From the NCBI GenBank assembly GCA_946611605.1, contig CAMODU010000002.1, positions 1 to 52,158 on the forward strand: a stretch of 52,158 nucleotides of DNA. Direction: 5' to 3'. The DNA is from an uncultured bacterium. Its GTDB lineage: Bacteria > Bacillota_I > Bacilli_A > RF39 > UBA660. Shown here piece after piece: positions 14,754 to 23,069 of this stretch. Each line of letters opens with the position of its first letter. Position 1 is the first letter of the stretch. The notes beneath the pieces were generated by a model. It was not told the DNA's origin and made no database searches. It was given only the letters and a program-made list of their open reading frames with translations. Position numbers and translations under genes: made by a program.

Positions 14754-16382
14754 GTGAAGAATTTAAAGAGATTAATAATATTAATGTTATTAATAATACC
14801 AGGTATAGCTTCAGCTGCATCTAGTAGTATATCTGTTAGTTCAGCAAATACAGGTGTTGTTGGTAACAATTTAAATGTAACTGTTACGGTATCTTCGTCA
14901 GCACCTTTAGGTTCATGGCAATTTACTGTATCATATGATAGAAGTTATTTAACATTAAGTAGTGTAAGTAATACAGATGATTGTGGAACTAGTGCAAACT
15001 GTGCTGGTAATGCTAATAATAGTTCTACTAAATCAAAATCCTATAATTTTACTTTTAAAGTGTTGAAATCAGGATCATCTACAATTAGAATAACATCAGC
15101 AGATGTATTTGGTTGGGATGAAAATAGAATGTCAGTTAATAATGGTTCTAGAACTATTACTTGTAAAACTCAAGCAGAAATTGAAGCATCATATTCTCCA
15201 AATGCATATCTTAAATCTATTACAGTAGGTGATTATACATTAGATCCTGCATTTGATAAAGAAACTAAAGAATATAATGTAGAAGTACCAAATGATGTAG
15301 AAAAGGTAACTGTATCAGCTACTAAAGAAGATGGAAATGCTACAATAACTGGTACAGGTGAAAAAGAATTACAAGAAGGAAATAATAAAATTGAAATAGT
15401 ATGTACTGCTCAAAAGGGAAATAGTTTAACATATATAGTTAATATTAATAGAAAAGAATTAAATCCTATTAAAGTAACTATAGATGGTAAAGAATTTGGT
15501 ATTGTTAGAAAGAAAGATTTATTACCTGAATTAATAGGTTTTAGTGAAGATACTACAACATATGAAGATACTGAAATACCTGCTTTATATAATGATGATT
15601 TAACATATAAATTAATAGGTGTTAAAGATGATGAAGGTAATGTATATACTTATCTTTATGATGAAGGTGCTAAAACTATAAGAGGTAGATATATTCAATT
15701 ATTATCTGGTGATTTAGCAATTACTCCTGGTAACTTTAATGAAAAGATTAAAGGATTTGAAACTAAGGAATTAGATTTAGATGGATTTAAAGTAGCATCT
15801 GTTGCTATATCAGATAAACAATATATTATAAAGGGTATTAATCTAGTTACTAAAGAAGAAGGAACTTATTTATATGATGTAGATACTAAGATGTTTATAC
15901 CATTTGATTTAACTAACATTTATAATATAAATAAAAAGATTAAAGTATATAAAATAGTTATTATTCTTTTCTGTGTAATAGTTCTTCTATTAGCAGGTTT
16001 AAATATTTTTAAGAAAGATAATAAGAAAGATAAAAAGAAGAAACCTATAATAGATGAATTTAAAGAAATTGAACCTGAAGAAATAAAAGTAGAAGAAATA
16101 AAAGAAGAACCTAAAGAAGAATTAAAGGTTGAAGAAGAAACTATTTCTTTAGATGATGAAGAAGATAAGAAGAAAAAGAAAAAAGAAGATAAGAGAAAGA
16201 AGAAAGCAGAAAAGAAAAGATTAAAAGAATTAGAAAGAGAAGAACAAGAGGAAGAAGTTGTTGAAGAAGAAGTTAAGGAAGAAAAGGTAGTCGATGATGA
16301 TGAAGTAGATGATCCTTTAAATGATGAAGATGATTTCATGGACTTCTGGGAAACAATGGAAATCAAAAAGATAAAGAAATAG
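14754..16382 (+). CDS. Membrane-anchored protein: cohesin-like domain, cadherin-like beta-sandwich domain, TM, highly charged cytoplasmic tail
   Basis: GTG start lies 3 nt after the upstream stop, with AAGGAG 9 nt upstream. Signal peptide is LIILMLLIIPGIASA. The cohesin-like segment is NLNVTVTVSSSAPLGSWQFTVSYDRSYLTLSSV...YNFTFKVLKSGSSTIRITS. The cadherin-like module is YLKSITVGDYTLDPAFDKETKEYNVEVPNDVEKVTVSA...YIVNINR. The TM is IVIILFCVIVLLLAGLNIF (residues 401-418), followed by a 124-aa K/E/D tail. Confidence 0.65.
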   Translation: MKNLKRLIILMLLIIPGIASAASSSISVSSANTGVVGNNLNVTVTVSSSAPLGSWQFTVSYDRSYLTLSSVSNTDDCGTSANCAGNANNSSTKSKSYNFTFKVLKSGSSTIRITSADVFGWDENRMSVNNGSRTITCKTQAEIEASYSPNAYLKSITVGDYTLDPAFDKETKEYNVEVPNDVEKVTVSATKEDGNATITGTGEKELQEGNNKIEIVCTAQKGNSLTYIVNINRKELNPIKVTIDGKEFGIVRKKDLLPELIGFSEDTTTYEDTEIPALYNDDLTYKLIGVKDDEGNVYTYLYDEGAKTIRGRYIQLLSGDLAITPGNFNEKIKGFETKELDLDGFKVASVAISDKQYIIKGINLVTKEEGTYLYDVDTKMFIPFDLTNIYNINKKIKVYKIVIILFCVIVLLLAGLNIFKKDNKKDKKKKPIIDEFKEIEPEEIKVEEIKEEPKEELKVEEETISLDDEEDKKKKKKEDKRKKKAEKKRLKELEREEQEEEVVEEEVKEEKVVDDDEVDDPLNDEDDFMDFWETMEIKKIKK

Positions 16383-16383
16383 A

Positions 16384-16409
16384 AAGATAGTTTATTAACT
16401 ATCTTTTTT
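16384..16409 (+). terminator. Intrinsic terminator
   Basis: AAGATAGTT (16384-16392) pairs with AACTATCTT (16397-16405), followed by a T-run. Confidence 0.75.
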
Positions 16410-16442
16410 ATTTATTTGATATAATAGTTATAGGTGATACTT

Positions 16443-19001
16443 ATGAAAAAGAAAATAGTATTAATAGATGGTAATAATTTAATGTTTAGAGCTTATTTTG
16501 CAACAGCTTATACAGGTAAATTAATGAAAAACTCTAAAGGATTATATACTAATGCTTTATATGGTTTTACTAATATGATTAATAAGATTATTAATGAAGA
16601 AAAACCAGAATATTTATTTGTAGCATTTGATAAGGGTAAATCATTTAGGCATGAAGAATATAAAGATTATAAAGCAGGAAGAAATAAAACACCTGATGAA
16701 CTAAAAATGCAATTACCATATGCAAGAGATTTACTAGATAAGATGGGTATCAAATGGTTTGAAGTTGATAACTATGAAGCAGATGATATAGTTGGTACTA
16801 TTTGTAGATGGGCTGATGAAGATGATGATTGGGATGCTTTACTAGTTACATCAGATCATGATTATCTTCAATTAATAAGTGATGAAGTATCTATTAAATT
16901 ACTAAGACCTAAAGATTATATTAAATATGATCCTAAGTCATTTAAAGAAGAGTATGGAATAGATCCAATTAAAGTAATAGATTTAAAAGCTTTGATGGGT
17001 GATGCATCAGATAATATTCCTGGTGTTCCAGGAGTAGGTGAAAAGACAGCCTTAAAACTTCTAATAGACTATGGAGATTTAGATGGAGTATATGAACATG
17101 CTGATGATATTAAGGGTAAATTAGGTGAGAGAATTAGAGATAATAAAGAATCAGCATATTTTTCTAAAAAGATGGCTACTATCTATAGAGAAGTACCTAT
17201 TCCATATACATTTGAAGATTTTAAATATAATGGACCTACAAATGAATTAGATGACTATTTTTATGAATTAGAATTCTATTCATTAATGAATAAACATAAA
17301 AATAATGATGAAGTTAAAATAGAACATTCATTTAAAGAATTAACTAATGTTAAAGATATAGATATGAAAGATCCTATTTCATATTATATTGAATGTGATC
17401 AAGAAAACTATCATGATGCTAATATTCTAGGCATGGGATTATATGATGGTACAACTGAATGGTATGTATCTAATGATATGATTGAAGAAGTATTAAACTA
17501 TATTAAAGATGTACCTAAGTATACATTTGATTTAAAGAAGAATATGGTCTTACTTAAAAATGTAGATTTAAATACTATATATGACACTAATATAGCTGCT
17601 TATCTACTTAATAAGACTATTAAAGATGATCTAGGTGTATTAATGAATCAAGATAATGTATCTATTCCTTTATATAATGAAATCTTAAAAGATACATCTG
17701 ATATAAAAAATATAGTAACATTAAAAGCTAGATATATATATGATACACATGATAAATATATAAATGATCTAAGACTAGAGGATGTTGAAAAGTTATTTAA
17801 TGAAATAGAAATGCCTTTAGTGAAAGTATTAGCTAAGATGGAATTAAATGGTATTAAATGTGATAAAACAATATTAGATGAACAATCTGATGAAATAAAA
17901 AAGGATATATCTAAATTAGAAAGTGAAATATATGAATTAGCTGGTGTAGAATTTAATATTTCATCACCTAAACAATTAGGTGAAATATTATTTGATAAGT
18001 TAGCTTTAGAAGGTGGAAAGAAAACTAAAACAGGTGCTTATCAAACAGGTGAAGAAGTATTATTAAAATTAAAAGATAAGAATCCTATTATTAATAAGAT
18101 ATTAGATTATAGAAGATTAACTAAACTAAATAGTACATATCTTGAAGGATTATCTAAATATATTAAAGATGATGGTAAGATACATACAATATATAAACAA
18201 ACATTAACAAGAACAGGTAGATTATCATCTGTAGATCCTAATCTACAAAATATACCTACAAGAGATGAACAAGGGAAATTAATAAGAAAAGCATTTGTTC
18301 CTTGTAATAAAGAATTCTTATCATGTGATTATTCTCAAATAGAATTAAGAATACTAGCTCATATATCTAAAGATGAAAACTTAATTAAAGCATTTGTAGA
18401 TGGAGAAGATATCCATGCATCAGTTGCTGCTAATATATATGGTAAGAATATAAAAGATGTAACTAAACTAGAAAGACGATCTGCTAAAGCAGTTATATTT
18501 GGTATAGTATATGGTATATCAGGATTTGGTTTAGGAGAAGACTTAGGTATATCACCTAAAGAAGCTAAAGCATTTATAGACAAATACTTAGAATTATATC
18601 CAGGTGTTAAGAAATATATGGATCTTGTTGTAGAAGATGCTATTAATACAGGTTATACAGAAACATTATATAAAAGAAGAAGATATATTGATGAATTATC
18701 ATCATCTAACTTCATGGTAAGAGAATCTGGTAAACGTATGGCATTAAATACACCAATTCAAGGATCAGCTGCTGATATATTAAAGATGGCTATGATAAAA
18801 ATATATGATGAATTTAATAAACAAAATATTAAATCAGATATGTTATTACAAATACATGATGAATTAATCTTTGATATAGTAGATGGAGAACAAGATAAAG
18901 TAAAAGAAATAGTAACTAATATCATGGAGAATATAGTAAAATTAGAAGTGCCTTTAGTTGTTTCGCATGACTTTGGAACTGACCTTTATGAAACTAAATA
19001 G
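16443..19001 (+). CDS. polA: DNA polymerase I
   Basis: ORF track gives 16434, but that GTG is inside the AGGTGAT SD, so ATG 16443 is preferred. The 5' nuclease N-terminus is LIDGNNLMFRAYFA and GVPGVGEKTA. Polymerase motif A is DYSQIELRILAH, motif B is RRSAKAVIFGIVYG and motif C is LQIHDELIF. Confidence 0.95.
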   Translation: MKKKIVLIDGNNLMFRAYFATAYTGKLMKNSKGLYTNALYGFTNMINKIINEEKPEYLFVAFDKGKSFRHEEYKDYKAGRNKTPDELKMQLPYARDLLDKMGIKWFEVDNYEADDIVGTICRWADEDDDWDALLVTSDHDYLQLISDEVSIKLLRPKDYIKYDPKSFKEEYGIDPIKVIDLKALMGDASDNIPGVPGVGEKTALKLLIDYGDLDGVYEHADDIKGKLGERIRDNKESAYFSKKMATIYREVPIPYTFEDFKYNGPTNELDDYFYELEFYSLMNKHKNNDEVKIEHSFKELTNVKDIDMKDPISYYIECDQENYHDANILGMGLYDGTTEWYVSNDMIEEVLNYIKDVPKYTFDLKKNMVLLKNVDLNTIYDTNIAAYLLNKTIKDDLGVLMNQDNVSIPLYNEILKDTSDIKNIVTLKARYIYDTHDKYINDLRLEDVEKLFNEIEMPLVKVLAKMELNGIKCDKTILDEQSDEIKKDISKLESEIYELAGVEFNISSPKQLGEILFDKLALEGGKKTKTGAYQTGEEVLLKLKDKNPIINKILDYRRLTKLNSTYLEGLSKYIKDDGKIHTIYKQTLTRTGRLSSVDPNLQNIPTRDEQGKLIRKAFVPCNKEFLSCDYSQIELRILAHISKDENLIKAFVDGEDIHASVAANIYGKNIKDVTKLERRSAKAVIFGIVYGISGFGLGEDLGISPKEAKAFIDKYLELYPGVKKYMDLVVEDAINTGYTETLYKRRRYIDELSSSNFMVRESGKRMALNTPIQGSAADILKMAMIKIYDEFNKQNIKSDMLLQIHDELIFDIVDGEQDKVKEIVTNIMENIVKLEVPLVVSHDFGTDLYETK

Positions 19002-19023
19002 TTTACGTAAATAATTATTAATA

Positions 19024-19059
19024 AATAAGAATATATATAATTATATTCTTATTTTTTTT
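19024..19059 (+). terminator. Intrinsic terminator
   Basis: AATAAGAATATA (19024-19035) pairs with TATATTCTTATT (19042-19053), followed by a T-run. Confidence 0.75.
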
Positions 19060-19089
19060 ATAATTAATATAGAAGAAAAGAGGTTTATT

Positions 19090-19941
19090 ATGGAAGGAAA
19101 CAATAATAATAAAGTATTATATGTAATTATTACTATATTAGTACTTATTGTAGCGGGTTTATTGGTTTATATTTTTGTATTTAAAGATAAGAAAGAAGAC
19201 ACTAAGGATGATAAGACAACAACTACAACAACTACTCAAGCAACATCAACATTAACAGAGAAGAGTTTTGTAGTAGAAGATATCACAGGAGCAACTCCAG
19301 ATTATAAGAATGTTAATTATTATGCTAATAATTTCTATCTAATTGATGGCAAATTATATGCTGTACCTAGTGCAAAAAATAATTTAACATTAACACAAGA
19401 AAGCATTGATAAAGATGGTAAGAAAGCATACCTTTTAAAAGATAATGTTAAAGATTTATTATTATTAAAACAATATGAAGAACCAAAGAATACAGATGTA
19501 ATTGTATTAACAAATGATGGTAAAACATATTATTTAATGAATAATCCTAAAAATGTTGGAACAACTCATTTTGGAACATACAAAGGATTAGAATTAATTG
19601 AAATATCTAATGCTACAAATGTTGTTAAAGGATATGAATTAGATAGTGCTTATTATTTAGTAAATAATAAGAATCAAATTGTATATAATAGTTTTAATGG
19701 ACCAGTAGTAAACTTTGATGCTGCAGGTGAATACGTATGCTATGATAATACTAATAAAATCGGTACTAATATACTAAGAAATGGTGAGATATTAGAGATA
19801 TCTATTAAAGGAGATACAGCTAATTCTGACACATTAGATTATAAAATAAATGGTGTATCAGTTGGTACAGTTAAGTTAGGCCAAGCTAGTTCATGCATGC
19901 CATTTAGTAAATCAGGTAATTCATACGAAATAGGCGATTAA
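19090..19941 (+). CDS. N-terminally anchored extracytoplasmic protein of unknown function
   Basis: RBS is AAGAGG. The N-terminus MEGNNNNKVLYVIITILVLIVAGLLVYIFVFKDKKEDTKDDKTTTTTTTQ is a single TM followed by a charged and poly-Thr linker. The anchor resembles that of the 21108 gene. Confidence 0.65.
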   Translation: MEGNNNNKVLYVIITILVLIVAGLLVYIFVFKDKKEDTKDDKTTTTTTTQATSTLTEKSFVVEDITGATPDYKNVNYYANNFYLIDGKLYAVPSAKNNLTLTQESIDKDGKKAYLLKDNVKDLLLLKQYEEPKNTDVIVLTNDGKTYYLMNNPKNVGTTHFGTYKGLELIEISNATNVVKGYELDSAYYLVNNKNQIVYNSFNGPVVNFDAAGEYVCYDNTNKIGTNILRNGEILEISIKGDTANSDTLDYKINGVSVGTVKLGQASSCMPFSKSGNSYEIGD

Positions 19942-19967
19942 AAGAATACTTATGTATTCTTTTTTTT
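19941..19967 (+). terminator. Intrinsic terminator
   Basis: AAAGAATAC (19941-19949) pairs with GTATTCTTT (19954-19962) around loop TTAT, followed by a T-run. Confidence 0.75.
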
Positions 19968-20014
19968 GTTGTATTATTTTATTTATGTTATAATAAAACT
20001 CGTGGTGGAAAACT

Positions 20015-21016
20015 ATGGAAAAGAGAATGAACATTAGAACTGATAGTTTAATAGCATTATGCTATATTATAGATGAATTTGATTCATTTTCTTTTGAATA
20101 CATGGATTTGATATCAAGAACTAAAGATTCATATAATACTATTTCTATTATTATTAAACTTATGAATGGTAATATGAGTTTCTTTGATAAGAACTTTATA
20201 GATAATAAAACTAAAGCTTTTTATAATAAATATAAAAAACAAATAAATAGTATGAATAATCATATGGACTTTGCTTCTTTCATGAAATATAACTTTAATA
20301 ATTTAGGAGTTCCACATGAAGAAACTAAAGCGTTCCATAGATATTTATCTGAACATCGTGAAGAAGTATTTAAAGTATTAGATTTCCTATATAAAGTTAA
20401 AACATTAGAAATAGAAGAAGTAGAATTAGATGAAGGTGCTAGATTTAATACTCATGTATATGGTGTTGATAAAATATTTAATAAGAATCAAGCATTGTAC
20501 TTTTTAGAAGGTATAAGAGCTATTCCCTCATATGATGATGATATAGTTAAGTATAAGAGTAATACATCAGACTATGAAATAAGAGTATTTACTACATTAG
20601 ATGGTATATCATTTAAAGATAGTAAGATTAAAACAAATTCTTTATTAATTGAACCTGAAAGATTACCAAAAGAATTAACTAAAGAATTAGTATATAATTA
20701 TATAATGAGATTAAGTGAACAAGTAAAAATATCTAATCAAGATATAAGAGATTCAATAGATTTTAATATAGCAACATCTGAATTTGAAAAAGCATATATC
20801 AATCTACATATGATAGCTAGTAGAATTCCATATATAGAAAATAATCATATGTTATTAGAAACAATGGAATATATAAGAGAAGCTATAATAACTATAGGAG
20901 ATGTATCTATAGATTTAGATAAATATATTACTTCTAAAGACAATAATGTTACTACAGAAGTATTAAATGCTGAAAGAGATGCATGTCTTGTAAAAAAAAG
21001 AAATGATAAAAGATAA
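20015..21016 (+). CDS. Hypothetical cytoplasmic protein (333 aa)
   Basis: RBS is GGTGGA. It is a long ORF in an AT-rich background with no TM and no recognised motif. Confidence 0.6.
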   Translation: MEKRMNIRTDSLIALCYIIDEFDSFSFEYMDLISRTKDSYNTISIIIKLMNGNMSFFDKNFIDNKTKAFYNKYKKQINSMNNHMDFASFMKYNFNNLGVPHEETKAFHRYLSEHREEVFKVLDFLYKVKTLEIEEVELDEGARFNTHVYGVDKIFNKNQALYFLEGIRAIPSYDDDIVKYKSNTSDYEIRVFTTLDGISFKDSKIKTNSLLIEPERLPKELTKELVYNYIMRLSEQVKISNQDIRDSIDFNIATSEFEKAYINLHMIASRIPYIENNHMLLETMEYIREAIITIGDVSIDLDKYITSKDNNVTTEVLNAERDACLVKKRNDKR

Positions 21017-21038
21017 ACTACACATAAGTGTAGTTTTT
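21015..21038 (+). terminator. Intrinsic terminator (same hairpin sequence as 10387-10410)
   Basis: AAACTACAC (21015-21023) pairs with GTGTAGTTT (21028-21036) around loop ATAA, followed by a T-run. Confidence 0.8.
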
Positions 21039-21107
21039 ATATGTAAAATAATAATATTCATATATAAATAGAATAATATGTATTTTATAATAAAGTTAGG
21101 TGATAAT

Positions 21108-21926
21108 ATGAATGATATATATGAAGAAGATTATGAAAAAGAACCTATTAAGAATAACAATAATACATTATTAATAATAATTATTATATTATTAGTATTA
21201 ATAATTGCAGGTATATTAGTTTATTTCTTATTATTTAGAGATACTAAAGAAGATAATAATAAACAAACAACAACTACAACAGAATTAATTACTATGCCAG
21301 CAGATATAAAGATGCCTAAGGATTTAGAGGAATATAAATCATTAATTGATAGTGCAACTGATAATTCTACTAAAAAAGATGGATTAATACTATTAGATAA
21401 TACATTTAAAGAATTTACTGAACCTTTATGTGATAAAGAAGGTAAGAAGGAAGAAACAGTAGATGGTCATAAAGTATCTGTATCTTGTTCAAAAATGGCT
21501 GAAGACTTTGTTGATTATAATGGTATGTATTTTGTTGATGATAAATTTAAATTTGAAATAAAAGGTAATCGTTCATGTGGAGCAGATTATTTATATATAG
21601 GAGATAACTATATTATTAATTATGATCCTAGTTGTTATATGGGTGGAGAAAACATGACTATTTATAATGCAAATGGAGGAGAATCTTATAAAGCTGGTAA
21701 AGAAGCACCATTTATTAAGACATTTGATAAACCTGTATTTGATGATAATAATAGAATATATAAACCAGTTATAAAGAATAATTATTTATACTTTATAGGT
21801 GCTCAAAATAAAGGTGATGATAATTATAAGAGTACATGTAATATATATAGACTTGATTTAAATAATAAGAGTTTATCATTTGTTACATCTCAACCATTTG
21901 ATTGTGAGTTTGGTACATTCGAATAA
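21108..21926 (+). CDS. N-terminally anchored, Cys-containing extracytoplasmic protein of unknown function
   Basis: ORF track gives 21078. ATG 21108 follows AGGTGATAAT. The N-terminus is MNDIYEEDYEKEPIKNNNNTLLIIIIILLVLIIAGILVYFLLFRDTKEDNNKQTTTTTE. The ectodomain has 8 Cys. Confidence 0.65.
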   Translation: MNDIYEEDYEKEPIKNNNNTLLIIIIILLVLIIAGILVYFLLFRDTKEDNNKQTTTTTELITMPADIKMPKDLEEYKSLIDSATDNSTKKDGLILLDNTFKEFTEPLCDKEGKKEETVDGHKVSVSCSKMAEDFVDYNGMYFVDDKFKFEIKGNRSCGADYLYIGDNYIINYDPSCYMGGENMTIYNANGGESYKAGKEAPFIKTFDKPVFDDNNRIYKPVIKNNYLYFIGAQNKGDDNYKSTCNIYRLDLNNKSLSFVTSQPFDCEFGTFE

Positions 21927-21952
21927 AATACACTTTAATAAGTGTATTTTTT
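21925..21952 (+). terminator. Intrinsic terminator
   Basis: AAAATACACTT (21925-21935) pairs with AAGTGTATTTT (21940-21950) around loop TAAT, followed by a T-run. Confidence 0.8.
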
Positions 21953-21980
21953 ATTTTATACTATTAATTAGGTGATATAT

Positions 21981-22799
21981 ATGCCTGAAATAGCAGAAGT
22001 AAGAACTGTTAAAAGTGTATTAAAAAAGAATATAGTAGGTAGAACTATTAAAGATATTAAATATAGATATGATGGTATTATTAAATCGGATAAAAAAGAG
22101 TTTAAAGATATCTTAATAGGTAAAACTATAACTGATGTTGATAATATAGGTAAATGGTTATTAATTAAGTTAGGCGATTATACTATTCTTTCTCATTTAA
22201 GGATGGAAGGAAAATACTATATTAAAGATACAAATGAAGAATATGAAAAACATGAACATATTATATTTCATTTAGATAATAATAAAGATTTAAGATATAA
22301 AGATGTTAGAAAATTTGGAGTAATGAAACTTGTTAAAACTAAAGATATATATAATACAGATGAAATATCTAAATTGGGTATAGAACCTGATAGCAAAGAT
22401 TTAACTGATAAATATATATATGAGTTGGTACATAAAAGTAATAAACCTATTAAAGAACTATTACTTGATCAATCAATTATAAATGGCTTAGGTAATATAT
22501 ATGTAGATGAAGTATTATTTGCATCACATATATTACCAACTAGGTTAGGTAATACAATTACTTTAAAAGAATGTGGATATATAAAAGATGCATGTATAAA
22601 AATAATTACAAAAGCAACAGCGTGTGGTGGTACAACAATTAGATCATATACATCATCTTTAGGAGTAGAAGGAACATATCAAGAATATCTACAAGTACAT
22701 ACAAAGGTAAATAAACCTTGTCCTATATGTGGTAATATTATAGAAAAGATTAGAGTAGGTGGAAGAGGTACGTATATTTGTAGGAAATGTCAGAAATAG
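21981..22799 (+). CDS. mutM: Formamidopyrimidine-DNA glycosylase
   Basis: ORF track gives 21972, a GTG inside AGGTGAT. ATG 21981 gives M-PEIAEV, which places the catalytic Pro at position 2 as required. Other boxes are LRMEGKY and H2TH LLDQSIINGLGNIYVDEVLF. The C-terminal zinc finger is CPICG...CRKCQ. Confidence 0.93.
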   Translation: MPEIAEVRTVKSVLKKNIVGRTIKDIKYRYDGIIKSDKKEFKDILIGKTITDVDNIGKWLLIKLGDYTILSHLRMEGKYYIKDTNEEYEKHEHIIFHLDNNKDLRYKDVRKFGVMKLVKTKDIYNTDEISKLGIEPDSKDLTDKYIYELVHKSNKPIKELLLDQSIINGLGNIYVDEVLFASHILPTRLGNTITLKECGYIKDACIKIITKATACGGTTIRSYTSSLGVEGTYQEYLQVHTKVNKPCPICGNIIEKIRVGGRGTYICRKCQK

Positions 22800-22842
22800 T
22801 TTTCAACGTTTTCAACAAATTAATATATTTTAAAATTTTTTG

Positions 22843-22871
22843 TTGACATAAAAAAACTTTTTTAATATTAT
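22843..22871 (+). promoter_or_regulatory. Sigma-A-type promoter for the structured leader
   Basis: -35 TTGACA (22843-22848), 17-nt spacer, -10 TATTAT (22866-22871). Confidence 0.6.
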
Positions 22872-22877
22872 AAAATT

Positions 22878-23035
22878 GTCATAACAAATTATGCATATAA
22901 GCATCATACGATGTTTATATAAATATGAAAAAAAGCCAGCGGTCCCAGCTGTATAATCGGGGAAAAGAAATGGTGTCTCTCGACCAAATAACAGGGAACT
23001 AGAATCGGAAGAGAGCACACTCTTCCTTTTTTTTT
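22878..23035 (+). promoter_or_regulatory. Structured leader (candidate riboswitch/attenuator of unknown class) ending in an intrinsic terminator
   Basis: A local G+C-rich island (about 22934-23026) sits in AT-rich intergenic DNA. A hairpin CAGC/GCTG (22937-22940 / 22948-22951) has the loop GGTCCCA, and its TCCC can pair with GGGA at 22994-22997. The terminator is GGAAGAG (23007-23013) / CTCTTCC (23020-23026) plus T9. CTCTC at 22977-22981 can alternatively pair with GAGAG at 23011-23015 as an anti-terminator. Confidence 0.55.
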
Positions 23036-23069
23036 ACTTATTTGTTAAGATTAGTGTAGGTGAAGAAAA

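Noticed and set aside
15920-16366. A 148-aa minus-strand ORF rich in Ser/Phe/Leu. The minus-strand ORFs at 44261-44491 and 44537-44851 are of the same type.
   Set aside because: These are antisense to Lys/Glu-rich coding sequence: GAA/AAG/AAA repeats read as TTC/CTT/TTT on the other strand. The products are low-complexity and the ORFs are fully nested in well-supported genes.
22952-23002. Purine riboswitch, because of UAUAAUCGGGG...AUGG...UCUCUCGACC
   Set aside because: There is only a superficial match to the J1/2-P2 region. No P3 stem or CCGUAAAU-like L3 can be formed, and no P1 can be formed.
22830-23018. A 62-aa minus-strand ORF from the track, plus a 25-codon plus-strand ORF (ATG 22925 to TAG 23000-23002, MKKSQRSQLYNRGKEMVSLDQITGN)
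   Set aside because: Both lie in the G+C-rich structured leader upstream of the DUF362-like gene. Neither has an SD. They use codons (CGG, CAG, CTG, GGG, CTC) that are otherwise rare in this genome. Stops are scarce here simply because the RNA element is GC-rich.
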